Shown here piece after piece: positions 14,160-27,589 of a stretch of DNA of 64,000 nucleotides. This DNA comes from Isurus oxyrinchus (lineage: Eukaryota). The notes under the pieces were generated by a model. It saw only the letters and a program-made list of their open reading frames with translations. It made no database searches and had not been told where the DNA came from. The stretch lies in NCBI GenBank assembly GCA_026770705.1, contig JANJGN010000026.1, forward strand, positions 5,890,001-5,954,000, in the 5' to 3' direction. The position numbers and the translations under genes were made by a program. The stretch's first letter is position 1. Every line of letters begins with the position of its first letter.

Positions 14160-14358
14160 TTAAACAGAAAATGCGGAAAAAGAAACTCAGCAGGACTGGC
14201 AGCATCTGTGCAGAGAGAAGCAGAGATCCGAAGAAGAGTCATACGGATTCGAAACGTTAATTCTGTTTCTCTCTCCACAGATGCTACCTGACGTGCTCAG
14301 TTTTGCCAGCATTTTCTGTTTTTATATCAAATTCCCAGCATCCACATTGCTTTCGTCA
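14160..14358. mobile_element. Penelope-derived short palindromic element with a hammerhead-like motif
   Basis: Inverted arms (aaacagaaaatgc...actcagcagg...gcagcatctgtg.agagagaa / ttctctctccacagatgct.cctg...tgct.agttt..ccagcattttctgttt) around ccgaagaagagtcatacggattcgaaacgtt. Confidence 0.75.
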
Positions 14359-16534
14359 AATATTTTAAACTCATTTGCGCACAATGTGTGGATTACGGGA
14401 GTGGTATATCAAAGCTTGATTGTATTATTTTCTAGGGGAGGCTCCGAAAATGGCAAAAGATTTCCAGGATTATATGTATTATAAAAAAAAATACTGTTGT
14501 TGAAATTTGGGATTATGTTTAATCTCTGGAGTCCTGCTTTAGTGACTAGACGGTGTTGCACTCCATTTTTCATTACAAATGTGATTACCCGAATAGTGTT
14601 TGAACAATTTTAATTTGCCCACTTATAAATCTATCATGGGAAATACACGATGAGAACAGAAGAGCTTTTATGTTGTGTCAACATATTAACAAACATGAAA
14701 AGCTGATCGATGTGTAGGTAGAGCAGCAGTTTTATAAATTATTGATTATATTCATTTATTAAAATAAAACTACATGTTTGACCGAATGTGTGTGGAATTG
14801 TTGTTTAATTTAAGAATTGTTACATTAATTTCATTAAGTCTATTATTAACAACAGACAAATCAGAAAGAGGAATACAATTATTAACTAATTTGACATAAT
14901 AGAGTGAAACATCACCAATATGAAAATAGAATATAAGATCAGGGCGAGTTCATTAGAAATAAATGACCTCTCTCCAATGTGCTGCGCTGAGTTCAGGATT
15001 AAAGTTAAAACACATGGTTGGAGAATTTTAAAAATTATATTGTTGTACAATTTAATTAATTATCTTCGTGTTTTGCCTCAGCAGTTTCACTAGCTACATA
15101 TAATTCTGAAATTATGTCAGTGAATAATCGGAGTTCAATGTAAATATCTCCCGATTTGTTAAATTCTTGCTCTGTTACACTGTCCCTGTTATAGACATAA
15201 AATTACCCTGAATGTAAATTATTTTGATCGAACTGTCTCAGCCAAACTAACTCTAAGGCTGTTGTGAAAACTGTACACAGACAGGGAGAAATGGCCCGTC
15301 AAAGGGAGGTTTTCAGTTTAGAATCAGCTTCATTTCAAAGAAGTGACGTGGACATAAATTTACTAAAGTTCTAATCTATTCAAACGGATTAATGCATACT
15401 GGAGAAATCTATCTTTAATAGAATGAGTTTTGCATTGTTTCTGTTTGTTCTGTTTCTATGCGCGTGGTGAGAATCAGGAGGCCTCTGGCAATTTGTGAAT
15501 TTTCTGGTTCATTCTCATGTATTTCAGGGGATTATTTCCGAACCATTTATTTAAGAATTTTGTATCTCCGAGAAAAGTGCAAGTCTGTTATGAACTTTGA
15601 GAAGGTGTCTCAGAAATAAGATCATTTTCCCAGTTTGCGGAATTCAGAAGGAATGCAAAGTGTAGAAAGATATTCTTCCTGTTCAGTGTTTGCTGTATCA
15701 GAGCTGGTGATTTTTAGATGGTTCGGTCTAAGCACAAGTTTTCACCAACAATGCAGAATAGAGGACATTTTAGAATGCATCCCGCCATTACTATTCCGGA
15801 AATACAGCGCTTCACAGGACTGTGCAAACAGAGTTTTAGTATCATTCACCTGTTCTGCATCTGACATGAGAGTGTTGGCACCGCCAATGTTCAAGGAACA
15901 TTAATTACTATCAAACATATCGAGTGCTCCGAATTAGATATATAAAAGTAAATGCTTCAATTCCTCTGATGAACTAACAGATCGTAAATTTAATGTACAT
16001 TTCATTCTAAAAAAAAAAAGTTTCTAATGAAGGGATGATGTTTTAACATTTTCAATATCAGAGGTTAATTGAATCAGATTGACCTGCTCCAAAGCTCAGT
16101 TTCAGGACAGTTAAAGGAAGTGACTGTAACGTTACTGGCTGCATTATGTTTGAATCTGGAAATAAATTGTACAACTTAAATGGACAGTGTGCGACTTTAC
16201 CCCGTATCTAATACAAAGTAAGCTGGGAATGAAAGATGGCAAAATATGGAGTTAACTTAATTGAATGCACAACCCGATTCCAAGTGTCCTCAGGGCATTT
16301 GATGAACTATCATAAACGCAGTTTTACTACTGTTCCAAGGACTTTAATAGGGCGAGGGGTTTGATGTGGAACTTCAATGTTCTTCTCTCTTGGATCCAAT
16401 CAGTACAGTCTGTGAACCGTGAACATTTGATTCAGCAGTGTAGATTATTCTATCTATTTATGCACGCATTCTTCCATCCATCAATCCAACTGTTGAACGA
16501 TTGAGCTACGTATCTAACTACCTATTTAACTCTC

Positions 16535-16780
16535 TTCATCTCGCTACCTCTCTCTATCTCTATCTCCCTCTCTATCTATCTCTCTCTATCTCTCCCTCTA
16601 TCTCTCTCCATTTCTCTATTTCCCTCTCTCTATTTCTCTCTCTCTATTTCTCTCTCTCTCTACATCTATGTCTCCATCTCTCTCTCCCTCTCACTATCTC
16701 TGTCTCCATCTTTCCATCTCTCCATCTCTCCCGCCCTCTCTCGCTCCCTCTCCCAATCTCACCTTCCCTATCTATTTATC
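16535..16780. repeat. (CT/CTAT)n polypyrimidine tract
   Basis: Direct observation. Confidence 0.9.
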
Positions 16781-17543
16781 TAACCAAAATGGCTGAATAT
16801 AATGGATTATTTGTAAACATCGTTGGCAATCTTGGAGAGTTAAATCAGAAGTGTGATTGACTGAAAGCCTACCATCTGTGCCATCAAATAATATTATTTA
16901 TCAACTGTGGGTCATGCTTTACAAAAGTGCTACAGATTTGTCTGATCTACTGGTCAGAGTTGCATAATTTTTAGAGCAAAGGCTGCCGAGAATCATCGAA
17001 GTGTATCCCCTGAAAGCAACAACACGTTGATCATGAAACTAGAATAGATTTGTGTAAAAACACCTCTGGCTCACTGATGTCCTCAATGGAAAATAACCGG
17101 TCATTCTGGCCCACAGATTGTTACATTTTGCTGTAGTGAAATAGTAATTTGCGAATGAAAAGAGGTTGACAGTGAAAACATTAAGCGAGAGCTCAGTGGA
17201 AATAACATGGAAGGATCTAAAGTGAAAGTGTCGGGGGAATGATTGATGTTTTCCTCAACTGAGAAGCAAGGGCTTGAGGAAGCCGAGGTTACAATAAACC
17301 TTATTTAACTCACAATTATGTGGCCTCATGGGTAGAATGTCCCTTTTCGGACTTGTGCCTCATCTTGTGTACAAGACTGACCACCATGAGGGCGTGTCCT
17401 GTCGAGTCTATCATCTCCTAAAGTCATTTTATGATCACAGTATTTTGGAACCTAATTATACCAATATTAAACTTCAACCAATTTACTTTTTTCATCAGCA
17501 CCAATCAAATTTTTCACTTGTTCAATTGAATCTTCTTTCCCAG

Positions 17544-17838
17544 CGAAACCATCTCTCCCCATCCTCTACGCCCTGCACTCCTCCTGTGAACAAGGAAATA
17601 CTGCCGGCTCCGTGACCTATGGCTGTTTGGCTGCGGACTACTCCGCCGAAATCACCAGCGTTTCCTGGAAGAAAGATCAAGAGATCATCACAGCTGGTTT
17701 GCAGACTTAACCATCACTGTTGAACAAGAAGGGAACTCACACTCTGAGCAGCCAGTTAACCATCACCGAATCAGAGGTGGGAAGCAGCAAAATCTACTGC
17801 GAGGTTCAGCGGACCGGTCTGGCAGAACGAATTGCCAG
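17544..17838 (+). pseudogene. IGHM: IgM heavy chain CH1 exon (disabled)
   Basis: After acceptor tttcccag (phase 1) it reads [88 protein letters not shown], close to shark IgM CH1 as I recall it. In-frame TAA at 17708-17710 where Tyr is expected, and a frameshift at about 17813 (the PVWQNELP end is in another frame). The donor is unclear, so the 3' end is approximate. Confidence 0.93.
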
Positions 17839-17899
17839 TTTCGTGTTATGGGATGCACGGGGCGGCAATGGCGGGGTTGGATGAAGGGTGAAAGGTGGT

Positions 17900-18720
17900 C
17901 AGCAAATGAGTTATGTTCAAATTCTGCATCACATGGTTTAGAATGGAGTGAGAATATTGTGTGTACATCAGGTGCCCATACCACAATTAGTGTACTGTGG
18001 ACACTTGCATCCTCCACATCACACCTAGTGGAATGTGTAAAATTCTGGTCTCCAAATCACACTTAGTGTGCTTTGTGCTGATCTGGTCTTCGCATAACAG
18101 TTAGTGTACTGTGAACAGTTCTGTTCTCCACATCAGAATGTAATGTACTTTGCATAATTACGGTCCCACATCTAAATTAATGTACTGTGTACAGTTATCC
18201 CCTCCATATCACACCAAGTATACTGTATGTAGTTCTGATTTCCATGTAAGGAGAATGATACAGGAGCGTTGCAATAAGAGCTAAACTACTTACAAGGTCA
18301 ATACCAGAGCTGTTAGATTACAACTGTTAAGTACGAGTGAATAGACTGGTGGTCTATTCTCTACAAAGGAAAAAATTGTGGTGTGACCGAATAAACGTCC
18401 CAGACTTATGAAATAGTTTGATAGATTAGATAAGAATTAGAGTTCATATGTATGTCCTAATGTTTAAAAAGAAAATGGAAATTTTGAATCTTCTTTACAC
18501 AAAGAGTGAGCAAAATGTGGAACTTCTTGTAAGCGAGACGTTACCTAGATCTTGCTCAGGGGAATCTTAATGGATACATGCGGGAGAATGAAAATTCAAT
18601 GGATTTGATTCTGCGAGATGAAGTAGGGCGAGAGGATTTTCACGTGGAGTCTAAACTCAAGCATTGAAATATGGGGCCGAATAGTCTGGTTCTGTTCAGT
18701 GGATTCTATGTAAATAGTTT
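17900..18720 (+). mobile_element. old CR1 3' fragment with an internally amplified ~38-bp unit
   Basis: About 8 copies of TAGTGTACTGTGTACAGTTCTGGTCTCCACATCACAC-like units (17945-18250), followed by degenerate CR1 C-terminal and 3' UTR sequence. Confidence 0.65.
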
Positions 18721-18783
18721 TACAGTTTTTAATTGTTTGGCTTGAAGCAAAATTAATTCTAAATAATATGTATTTTCTTGCAG

Positions 18784-19095
18784 GTATTGTGGTGCATCAT
18801 CCAACTGTTCTCCTCACCGTGAGCCCCACTGAAGAAATCATAAGCGGCAGATTTGCAACCATCGTCTGTTCAATCGTTGATTTCCGTCCAAATTCAATCA
18901 ACGTGAAATGGCTGAAGAAAGGACAGGCCATGGACTCGAGCTTCGTCACATCTCCCGGCTTTGAAGTGAACAGGAACTTCTCAGCGACCAGTCGACTGAG
19001 TGTCCCAGCTGGGGACTGCTTCAGTAACACGCTCTATACCTGCCAGGTCACTCATAATGGGGTCACTCAAAGCCAAAAAATCACCAGACCTCAGT
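18784..19095 (+). pseudogene. IGHM: IgM heavy chain CH2 exon (frame open, part of a pseudogene)
   Basis: Acceptor ttcttgcag, donor cagt|gtaaga. [42 protein letters not shown]...[28 protein letters not shown] shows the C1-set C-W-C pattern. Lies within ORF 18768..19178. Confidence 0.93.
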
Positions 19096-19784
19096 GTAAG
19101 AGTCGCAACCCGAGGAAGTTCAAGGTCATTCTTTGTGCTAAACTCTCTCCAAACCAAGGGTTATATTGGAATGATTAAAACTCAGAATGTGTCCCATTTA
19201 CTAATTTGCCCGTTTGTGTTTCCTTCCAAAGGAAACAAAACACACTAGAGAAATCCATTCATTTACAGAGCGTCTTGACCAGCATCAGATTGTCCAAAGC
19301 ACTTAACAGCCAATGAAAAACGGTGAAAATGTGCTAATTTTCGTAAATTGGAATATTCGGCAGCGATTTGCTGCACAACAGTCTCCTAGAAACTGGGACA
19401 TGATGCTGACTGGATTTATCTATTTATTTATTAGTTTCATTCTGTTTGTTGAGGGATATATGTTGGCCAGGAAACAGACACATTTCTGTTAAATATTTCG
19501 ATCGTTTTCCTTACTTTTTATTTCAGATTTCCAGCTGTATTTGGCTTTCAGAACTGAAGAGTATTACTAATTTTGCTGTTGGGGATGGTGTAACCGAACT
19601 CAACAGGGTCGTGGAAACAAGGAGAGAATGTCAGAAAGTTATACCTGGGTGCATGGAATTCTGGGACAGGCAGGTAACACTAAAATAGGGAATAGTACGT
19701 TAATAGACGGAGTCGATGAAAGGGAGCAAGCAATGAAGTCTAAATCGGGTTTGCACTGCATCCAAATGCATGAACGGAGTATCG

Positions 19785-20975
19785 TCACAGAATCAAACAA
19801 TGCTGAAAAGGCCCTTCGGCCCATCGAGCCTGCACCAACACGTGAGAAACACCTGATCTACCTACCCAATCCAATTTACCAGTACTTGGCCTATAGCCTT
19901 GAAAGTTATGACGTGCCAAGTGCTCATCCAGGTACTTTTTTAAAGGATGTGAGGCAAATCACCTTCACCACTTGCCCAGGCAGTGCATTCCGGACAGTGA
20001 CGACCGGTTAAAAAAGCTTTTCTGCACATCCCCCTTAAACCTCCTCCCCATCATCTTGAACTTAGGTCCCTTTGTCACTTACTCTGCAACTAAGGGGAAC
20101 AGTTGTTCCCTATCCACCCTGTCAATGCCCCTCATAGTCTTGTACATCTCGATCAGGTAGCCTGTCATGCTTCTCTGCTCCAAGGAAAACAGCCCAAGAC
20201 TACGCAACCTCTCTTCATAACTTAAAGGTTTCATCCCAGGCAACATCTTTGTGAATCTCCTATGTACTCCCTCCAGTACAATCACACCCTTCCTATAGTG
20301 TGGTGACCAGAACGGCACACAGTATTCCAGCTGTGGCCTCACCAAGTTTCTATGCAACTTCAACATGACGTCCCTACGTTTGTAATATATGCCTCGATTG
20401 ATAAAGTCAAGTGACCCGTATGCTTTTTTTTTACCACCACACTAACATGCCCCTCCACCTTCAAAGATCTATGGACACAGAGGCCAAGGTCCCTCAGAAC
20501 TTCCTACTGTCATGCTGTTCATTGAATACTTCTGTGTCAAATTAACCTTTCCAAAGTGTATCGCCTCACACTTTTCAGGGTTAAATTCCAGCTGGCACTT
20601 ATGTGCCCATTTGACCATCCCGTCTATATCTTCCTGTAGCCCAAGACACTCAAACTCACTAACTACCAGGCCAATCTTTGTGTCATCCACAAATTTACTA
20701 ATGCTATCTCCGACATAGTCATTTGTGTCAATTATATAAATGTCAACTAAACGGGGACCGAGCACAGATTCTTGTGATACGCCACTGGACACTGGCTTCC
20801 AGTCCCTAAAGCATCCTTCTTCATCAGCCTCTGTTTTCTACAACGAAGCCAATTTTGAATCCACCTAATCAAATTACCCTGTATCCAATTTGCATTTGCC
20901 TTCTTTCTAAGTTTCCCATGTGGGACGTCATCAAAGGCTTTGCTGAAATCCATATAAGCTACCTCAGCTACATTT
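19785..20975 (-). mobile_element. CR1 LINE (RT to 3' end)
   Basis: ORF fragments MDFSKAFDDVPHGKL, SGVSQESVLGP...SKFVDDTKIG and LVRPQLEYCVPFWSPHYRK...YEERLRSLGLFSLE. Confidence 0.92.
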
Positions 20976-22315
20976 AATACAATTTGGGAGTTAGAGGCAC
21001 CGATTGTTTTGTGGGATTATAATGTTATAAGGCGATAACGGAGACCAAGCTTGAGCGGGCGGGGGGGCAGAACTGGGTTTTAAATATTCCTTGGTTAAAA
21101 GATGTTTAGAAAATACAGGAAAGGATAAAAACGGGGTGGTGCGGGCGGTGGGGGTGGTGGGGGTGGGGGGGTGTTGTTGGTGGCGGCCTTTCTGGTTAAG
21201 GCCAGTATTGCACTACTGGAGAACAAGGATGGAATAGGGGATTCAAGGGCAGAACCAGAACCAGAACTAGAGCAAAGGAATAAGAAGGGCATAGTTACAT
21301 TGCTCGGTGTAATGCATAGACCACGATAGCTAATGGGAAGATACAGAGGAGCGAGTTGTGTAAACATATTCGGGTAGATGTAATGAAGGTGGGGTCTCTG
21401 GATTACTACTCCAGAGACAATATTTCTACGCCATGCCCTCCCCAGAATGATATCAATGGTTTCTTGGGGGGATCGAGAAGTGGCAAATGGAACTAAATCC
21501 GTAAAAGATGAGGTAATGCATTTGGAGAGGGCAAAAAAAGCAAGGGAATACTCAATGAATAGAAAGTTATTGAGAGGGGTTGAGGAAGTGAGAGACCTTG
21601 GAGCGCATGTCCACAGGTCCTTAAAGGTGGCATGACAGGTGGACAAGGTAGTCAAGAAAGCCTATGGAATACTTTCTGTTTTTGGGCGAGGTATTGAATA
21701 CAAAAGCAGGGATGTAATGACGGAACTGTATAAAACACTAGTTAGGCCACAACTGGAATTGTGTGCATGGATCTGGTCACCGCAATACTGGAAGGGTATA
21801 ATTGCTCTGCAGAGGGTACAGAGGAGATTTACAAGAATGTTGCAGGGCTTGAAAACTGAAGCTATGAGGAGAGATTGCATAGGCTAAGGTTGTTTTCCTT
21901 ACAACAGAAGAGGCTAAGGGGTGACTAAATTGGGGTATACAAAATTATGAGGGGCCTAGATAGAGTACACAGGAAAGACTTGTTTCCCCTAGCTGAGGGG
22001 AAAATTACCAAGGGGCATAGATTTAAAGTGGTTGCTAGAAGGATTAGAGGGGACATGAGGAAAAAGTTTTTCACCCAGAGGGTGGTGGGCATCTGAAATT
22101 CACTGTCTAAACTGGTGGTTGAGGCTGAAATGCTCAACTCAGTTAAAAGGTACCTGTATCTGCATCTGAAGTACTGTAACCTCCAAGACTACAGACCAGG
22201 TGCTGGAAAGTAGGATTAAAACAAGTGGCTAGTTTCTTTCTTTCTCTTTTTGGCTGGCGCCGACATGATGGGCTGACTATCCTCTTTCTGCACTGTAACT
22301 TTTCTTTGTTTATAT
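20975..22315 (+). mobile_element. CR1 LINE fragments (endonuclease remnant, then RT C-terminus and 3' UTR from about 21460)
   Basis: ITETKL..G...GF endonuclease remnant; EEVRDLGAHVHRSLKVA, LYKTLVRPQLELCAWIWSPQY and FFTQRVVGI. Confidence 0.88.
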
Positions 22316-23299
22316 GTGAGGATCAAATCTGTTTCAGATCATTAGAATCTGTAGGCTCTATATTTTAATTGAAATTTGTAGCCAGTAGTGTAATACTTTT
22401 AAGAAGTGTCTTCTATGAGAGATTTGCCCTTGTGAAGGAGATAACATGAAATCTGACTGTGGATAACTTTCCTTCTGAATATATGTACTCTCCAATTTGA
22501 TACCTTTCTTAATGTCTTCCATGCCTCACTACAAATTTTAATTCTCTATAGTTGTCAAAAAAATCCAATTGGTACCAGGTGCACGAGGTCGATAAATATT
22601 TGCCCACTTACATATTCTGAAATGTTAGGCTGCAAAGTGCAGATAATACCAAGATGCGTGGCAAAATTAAGATGTATTTTCCCCAAAATCTGTTCCTTCA
22701 GGCGACACACCTAGAAGTACATGATCACATATTGCCCGCATAAAAAATAATTTTGTGTAAATTAATCTTGAAATCTTTATGACCATTCAATAACTGGACA
22801 CCTCTAGAAAATGAATTCATTGTTTAGAGAACTTCACACACTGATATCAAGCATCTTCTTAAAGGGACCGCACTAGAGTGTGCATGGATAATAAACATAA
22901 CAGAGAAACTCTCTAGTTATACATTTGCATCCATGCTCTTATTCTGTGCTCTTGTTTCCACAACTTTCTCCAGTCTTTATTTCTCGTTGGCACTGTCTAA
23001 AACTCTAGGTTTTCAGGGATTTATATTTCATCAACCAAACAGCTGTTTGATTTGCTAACCAACTCTCTAATCTGCAGGCATTGATAAAACATCTCCAATG
23101 CAACTGAATATCTGTCTCATATGGTCAAAATTATCTATGGAATTCGTCAGTCACTAGGCTGTCATATTCTATTCTTTCCATGTCTGCATAAATTAATATT
23201 GCATTCCGGTTATTTGACACAGTGAATTCCACAATGACCATTGGGTTTGAAGTCCATTTAAAATATTTCTCACTATGCGAGGCAAATGCACTTAAATCT

Positions 23300-23660
23300 T
23301 AACTGCAGTCAATAGCAGTACTCTCTCCTTGGAGTTAGAAGATCTTTACATCTAGCTGGGAGGGCAGGCGCAGATACCAGCTCACGCCCTTAAACTTTCA
23401 ATTTTCTAACTCAGCTGTGAGAGCACAATTCAAAAAACAGCAATTCGCCCAGTGTCCTGGCTATCATTTATCCCTCAGTCAAAACCATCAAAACAGACCC
23501 ATTGATCACATAACTCATAGTTATTTCTGGGACTTGTAGCTTGCAAATTGGATGCTATGTTTGCTTACATAACAATAGTGAGTGCATTCCTAAATTTTTT
23601 TTGCCTTTGAAGCACTTTGACACATCATTAGGTATTACAAAATATTAGAACAAAAGCAGC
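23300..23660 (+). mobile_element. decayed tRNA-head SINE (Deu-SINE-like)
   Basis: Head agcagtactctctcc.tggagttagaag, core gtgtcctggc.a.catttatccctca, L2-like tail tgaagcactttga.acatc. Confidence 0.55.
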
Positions 23661-24589
23661 AGTAACTTATATAAAAATCAACAGATTGTACTTCCTTTCC
23701 TCCATTTAAAAAAAAACTAACCCTCACTCCACTGTTCAAAGTGAAGGGTTTGTCATACAGATCCAAGAGGTTTTTCTTTCTTCCTCACACATCCTAAAAT
23801 CAGCAGACCCACTGATAACTACCTAGTTGAAATGGCTACCAGCTATGCTCTCCCTCTTGTTCTACCCTTGCTTTCTATCCTTTCCCACCTCTATTCACTC
23901 TTAAGCCCTCGCCTCCTTCAACCTCTAAACATCTCTGATCTAACCATAGATTTTGCACAGATGACAGAGAACCCAGGCAAATTATTATATTCTGACAATG
24001 TACACTAGAGATCATAATTTTTTCAACATATAATCACCGAGGAAGTGCAAATATAAACACACCTCATTATAGTGAAAATAAGATGGACAGAACAGGCAAG
24101 TAAAATAGAATGCCAGCAATATTGTTGAAAGAGTGATCATATGCATTGGAGAAGATTGATGTGCAAAGGAGGTTCAATTTGTCAATCTGATTATTAGACA
24201 TCAAAAGATAGAAACAGATCACTTTAGTGAGGCTATCTCACTAACTAACCAACGTAATTACAGGCCAGGTAGTTTCTACAGTTGGGATTGGTTGGAGTCT
24301 TATAAAGATCAAACTACGACATAGCTAGATTAATAAGATGATTTAAGAATTCAACCCAGCAGTTGCCGTTTCCAGAAGGACAGAAATCGTCCACTTACAT
24401 CGTTAAACTTCCCCAACACCGAAACCAGAAGGACCACCAAGTTCAGCCTGGATTCACCGAAGTCATCAACCTATGCGAACCATATCACATTAATCTTCAA
24501 CAGACTTTGAAAGTATCACTTAATCTATCCTCCCACTTTGTAATCTCTTCTTGAATATGTGAACTCTAGTGTTCGAGAGATATTTTTTG

Positions 24590-25720
24590 GAAAAAGTTGT
24601 GCTTGACCAAATCCATTCAAGTTCTTTGAAGTCATGACTGGTATGATGGATGTGTGAGATACAGTGCAGGTATTGCACATGAACTTTCGGGAAGCCTTTG
24701 ATAAATTACTACACTGCTACAATCAGGTAAGGAGGGGTAGGATTGCTCCCCACTTCTCCTCCCTCATTTGATTGTGACACGTTTTTTTTTGCAAAAAGAA
24801 TGAGCTTACCAAGAGGTCTTGTATGGAAGTGATTAGTGACCCTACCTCTGGGAACTTGTTGGCCAGGGAAGGTGTGTAAAATAAAGTGGCCAAATGGGTT
24901 GGTTGACATTCAAATCCTTCCCATACTTCTATGGGTGACGGTAATAGCAGGAGAGTTTCCTGGTCAGCCATCTGCAGAAAGCAACAACAACCCACTTCAC
25001 TACTTTGCCAAGCATAGCCATGGACCAATCACAGAGGTCCATGGTCATCAAAGTCCTTTCAGTTGACAGAGGAGAAAACTCAGTCAACAGAAGGGTTTAA
25101 AACTGATGAGATGGAGCTATTGCATCAGCTATCGGCACTTTAAGTTGATAAGGCACCGGGATCGGGGGTGGGGGGGAAATACTGAAGAAAGTGAGAGTGG
25201 AAATTGCAGAGACACTACCAATCATTTTTCAGTGTTCCCTGCATTTGGGGAACCTCGCTGGAGCACTGGACAATTGCAAATATTACGCCCTTGTTCAAAA
25301 ACGTTGTAAAGATTTGCTCTGCAATTACAGACGAGTCGCTTTAACTTCGGTGGTGAGGGAACTGATAGAAACAATTATTCCCGATTGAATTAATATCATA
25401 TGGGATAATGTACATTGAATAGGAAGAGTCAGCATGGATTTAGTAAAGGAAAAATTTGTCTAACTAAATTGCTGATTTATGTTTTGCAGGGGTAACAGTG
25501 ATGGTTAATGAGGGCAAGGCCGTTGACGTGGTGCATATGGACTTCCAAAAGGCATCCGATACAGTGCCACACAACAGACTTGTGAGGAAACTTATAGATC
25601 ATGGAAGTAAAGAGACAATAGCAAAGTGGATAAATATTTATATGCATAAATGATCTAGATCTTGGTTTGCAGGGGACAGTTTAAAAGTTTCTGGACGACA
25701 CAAAACTTGGGAGAATTTGG
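24590..25720 (+). mobile_element. CR1 RT fragments interrupted by an unrelated insertion at about 24720-25045
   Basis: EIAETLPIIFQCSL, NYRRVALTSVVRELIETII, HMDFQKASDTVPHNRL and KFLDDTKLG. Confidence 0.8.
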
Positions 25721-26787
25721 GGAAGTGTGATGTCACACTGACAAGGCAGGCAGCCCCGGGCCTTAACAGTTGAGGTTAAAGTCGTTACCTCCCAGAATAC
25801 AGCACTCGCTCGGTACTACATTGCTGGTGTCAGCTATACTTGCTATCAAAAATCTGGAGTGGGACTGAACCCATGTTCTTTCTGAATCAGAATCCCCCGG
25901 TATTCAGGATTCCATCAATTCACAAAACACAGTGAAATTTTGTTCAAAACCTGCACATTGAGTTAGGAGTAATTGGCTTTGGCTTTATCTGAAATTGATT
26001 GTTCATATTGAGAGTAGCTGACCTTTGCTACTAATTGCTGGTAATTGTCGACGACTAAAGATGTGCACTTTATTTCTGCTGCTGCTTTCAGATTGAGCAG
26101 CGCTGATAGTATTTTGCATAGTCTCGGCTGCATTCTTTGACTGATCGAATTGTGGTGTTTCGGTTAATTAATGAAATTGGAGGTGTAGTGAAAATGCTTC
26201 CTCTGGACTGGGTCCTCCGAATTAAGAAGGGAAATATTCTGAGGAAGGTGATTTTGGCAACTTTTTTCTCACACTGTGAAATATTATCACTTTCATTTTC
26301 CCCAACACTTTCTGAGGCTGGGAAACAATTGTCATTTCAAAAAAAGAGATTTGACATTTTTCTGACAATGTTATCTCATGTGACAGAACGAGGAGGATAA
26401 AGATGGTAAAGGCACATCTTATTCTTACAGAGAGATGTGGAGAGCTGAATGCTCTCCTCCGGTTAGCATTCTATCATTCTCTGTTTCCTTTATTTCGGGA
26501 CGAGTGATATTCTTTCCACAACACAACTGTGCCTGAATTTATTCACATTGTTGCACCGACATTTAGTTTTGTTACTCCCGGTGGCTCTGGCTGGAAGTAC
26601 GCAGGGAATGTTATGGAGTTTCCTGGAATTATTGCAATTCGCTGACCTTCAAATAATAATGGCGTTTACAGCACAGGGGGAGGTCAAATATCAGAAATAA
26701 ATAGTCTCCTTGTGAGAGTGAAAGCTTAATACCAGGTTTCTGATTCTGAAGATGATATTTTGCTTGGCTTTCATTAGTATTTCACAG

Positions 26788-27095
26788 GCGATTTCGGCTG
26801 CACAGATCCCGTAATTACGGTACAGCCACCACAAAAAGAACAGGTCTTATTGGAGGCGACATTGACCTTAACCTGCATCGTGAGTAACGCCGCTTATAGA
26901 GTCCTCGTGTCCTGCACACAAGGACAGAAACCTTTGGAATCAAAGATTGCTGTCCAGCCGGGAGAGCATCTTAACAGCGTGGTCAGCCACTTGAACATCT
27001 CAACACAAGCCAGCTGAGTGGGGTTCTGTTCTACTGCGTGGTGAGCCATCAGGCTCTGTCGAGTCTTTTAAGAAATTCCATCCACAAGGAAGAAG
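26788..27095 (+). pseudogene. IGHM: IgM heavy chain CH3 exon (disabled)
   Basis: Acceptor ttcacag, donor gaag|gtgagt. Reads [54 protein letters not shown]...[21 protein letters not shown]...IHKEE. The core Trp is changed to Cys, and there is a 1-nt frameshift at 27012-27013. Confidence 0.93.
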
Positions 27096-27589
27096 GTGAG
27101 TGGTCAAAGTGAACCAATAATTGAGCCATTGTGCAAATCCACAGTGAAAGTGTAAGGGACAATTATTCGTGTTCCGTGCATGAATGGGCTAGTCTGGTTG
27201 GTAATTTCACTAACGGAAACATCCAGGCCCGTAGATGATGCAGTTAAGCAAAAAGTTAACAAGTAGGTGAACGAACAAGAAACGGTTCTGTCGGTGTTAA
27301 TGAAAAAAGGTTGGAGAAGCCTGGTGTGAAGCTTAGACACCAGCACAGAGCAGTTGGGCCGAGTGGCCTGTTACTGTTACTGATTAAACTTTCCAGTCCA
27401 ATCCTGCATATTCTCAGAGAAATGATTGCATCCGCCTCTGCTCCGAGCTAGAAAACCGGTCAGATCCTAAAGTGGAAAATGGTGACCTTGAAAATCAACA
27501 CATAATACATTTCTCTTAGATGTAACCACCGGTTTCATTGAGCCTGGAATTCTCCAGCTTTTTTGATATTTATTTTAATTTTTTTCCTG

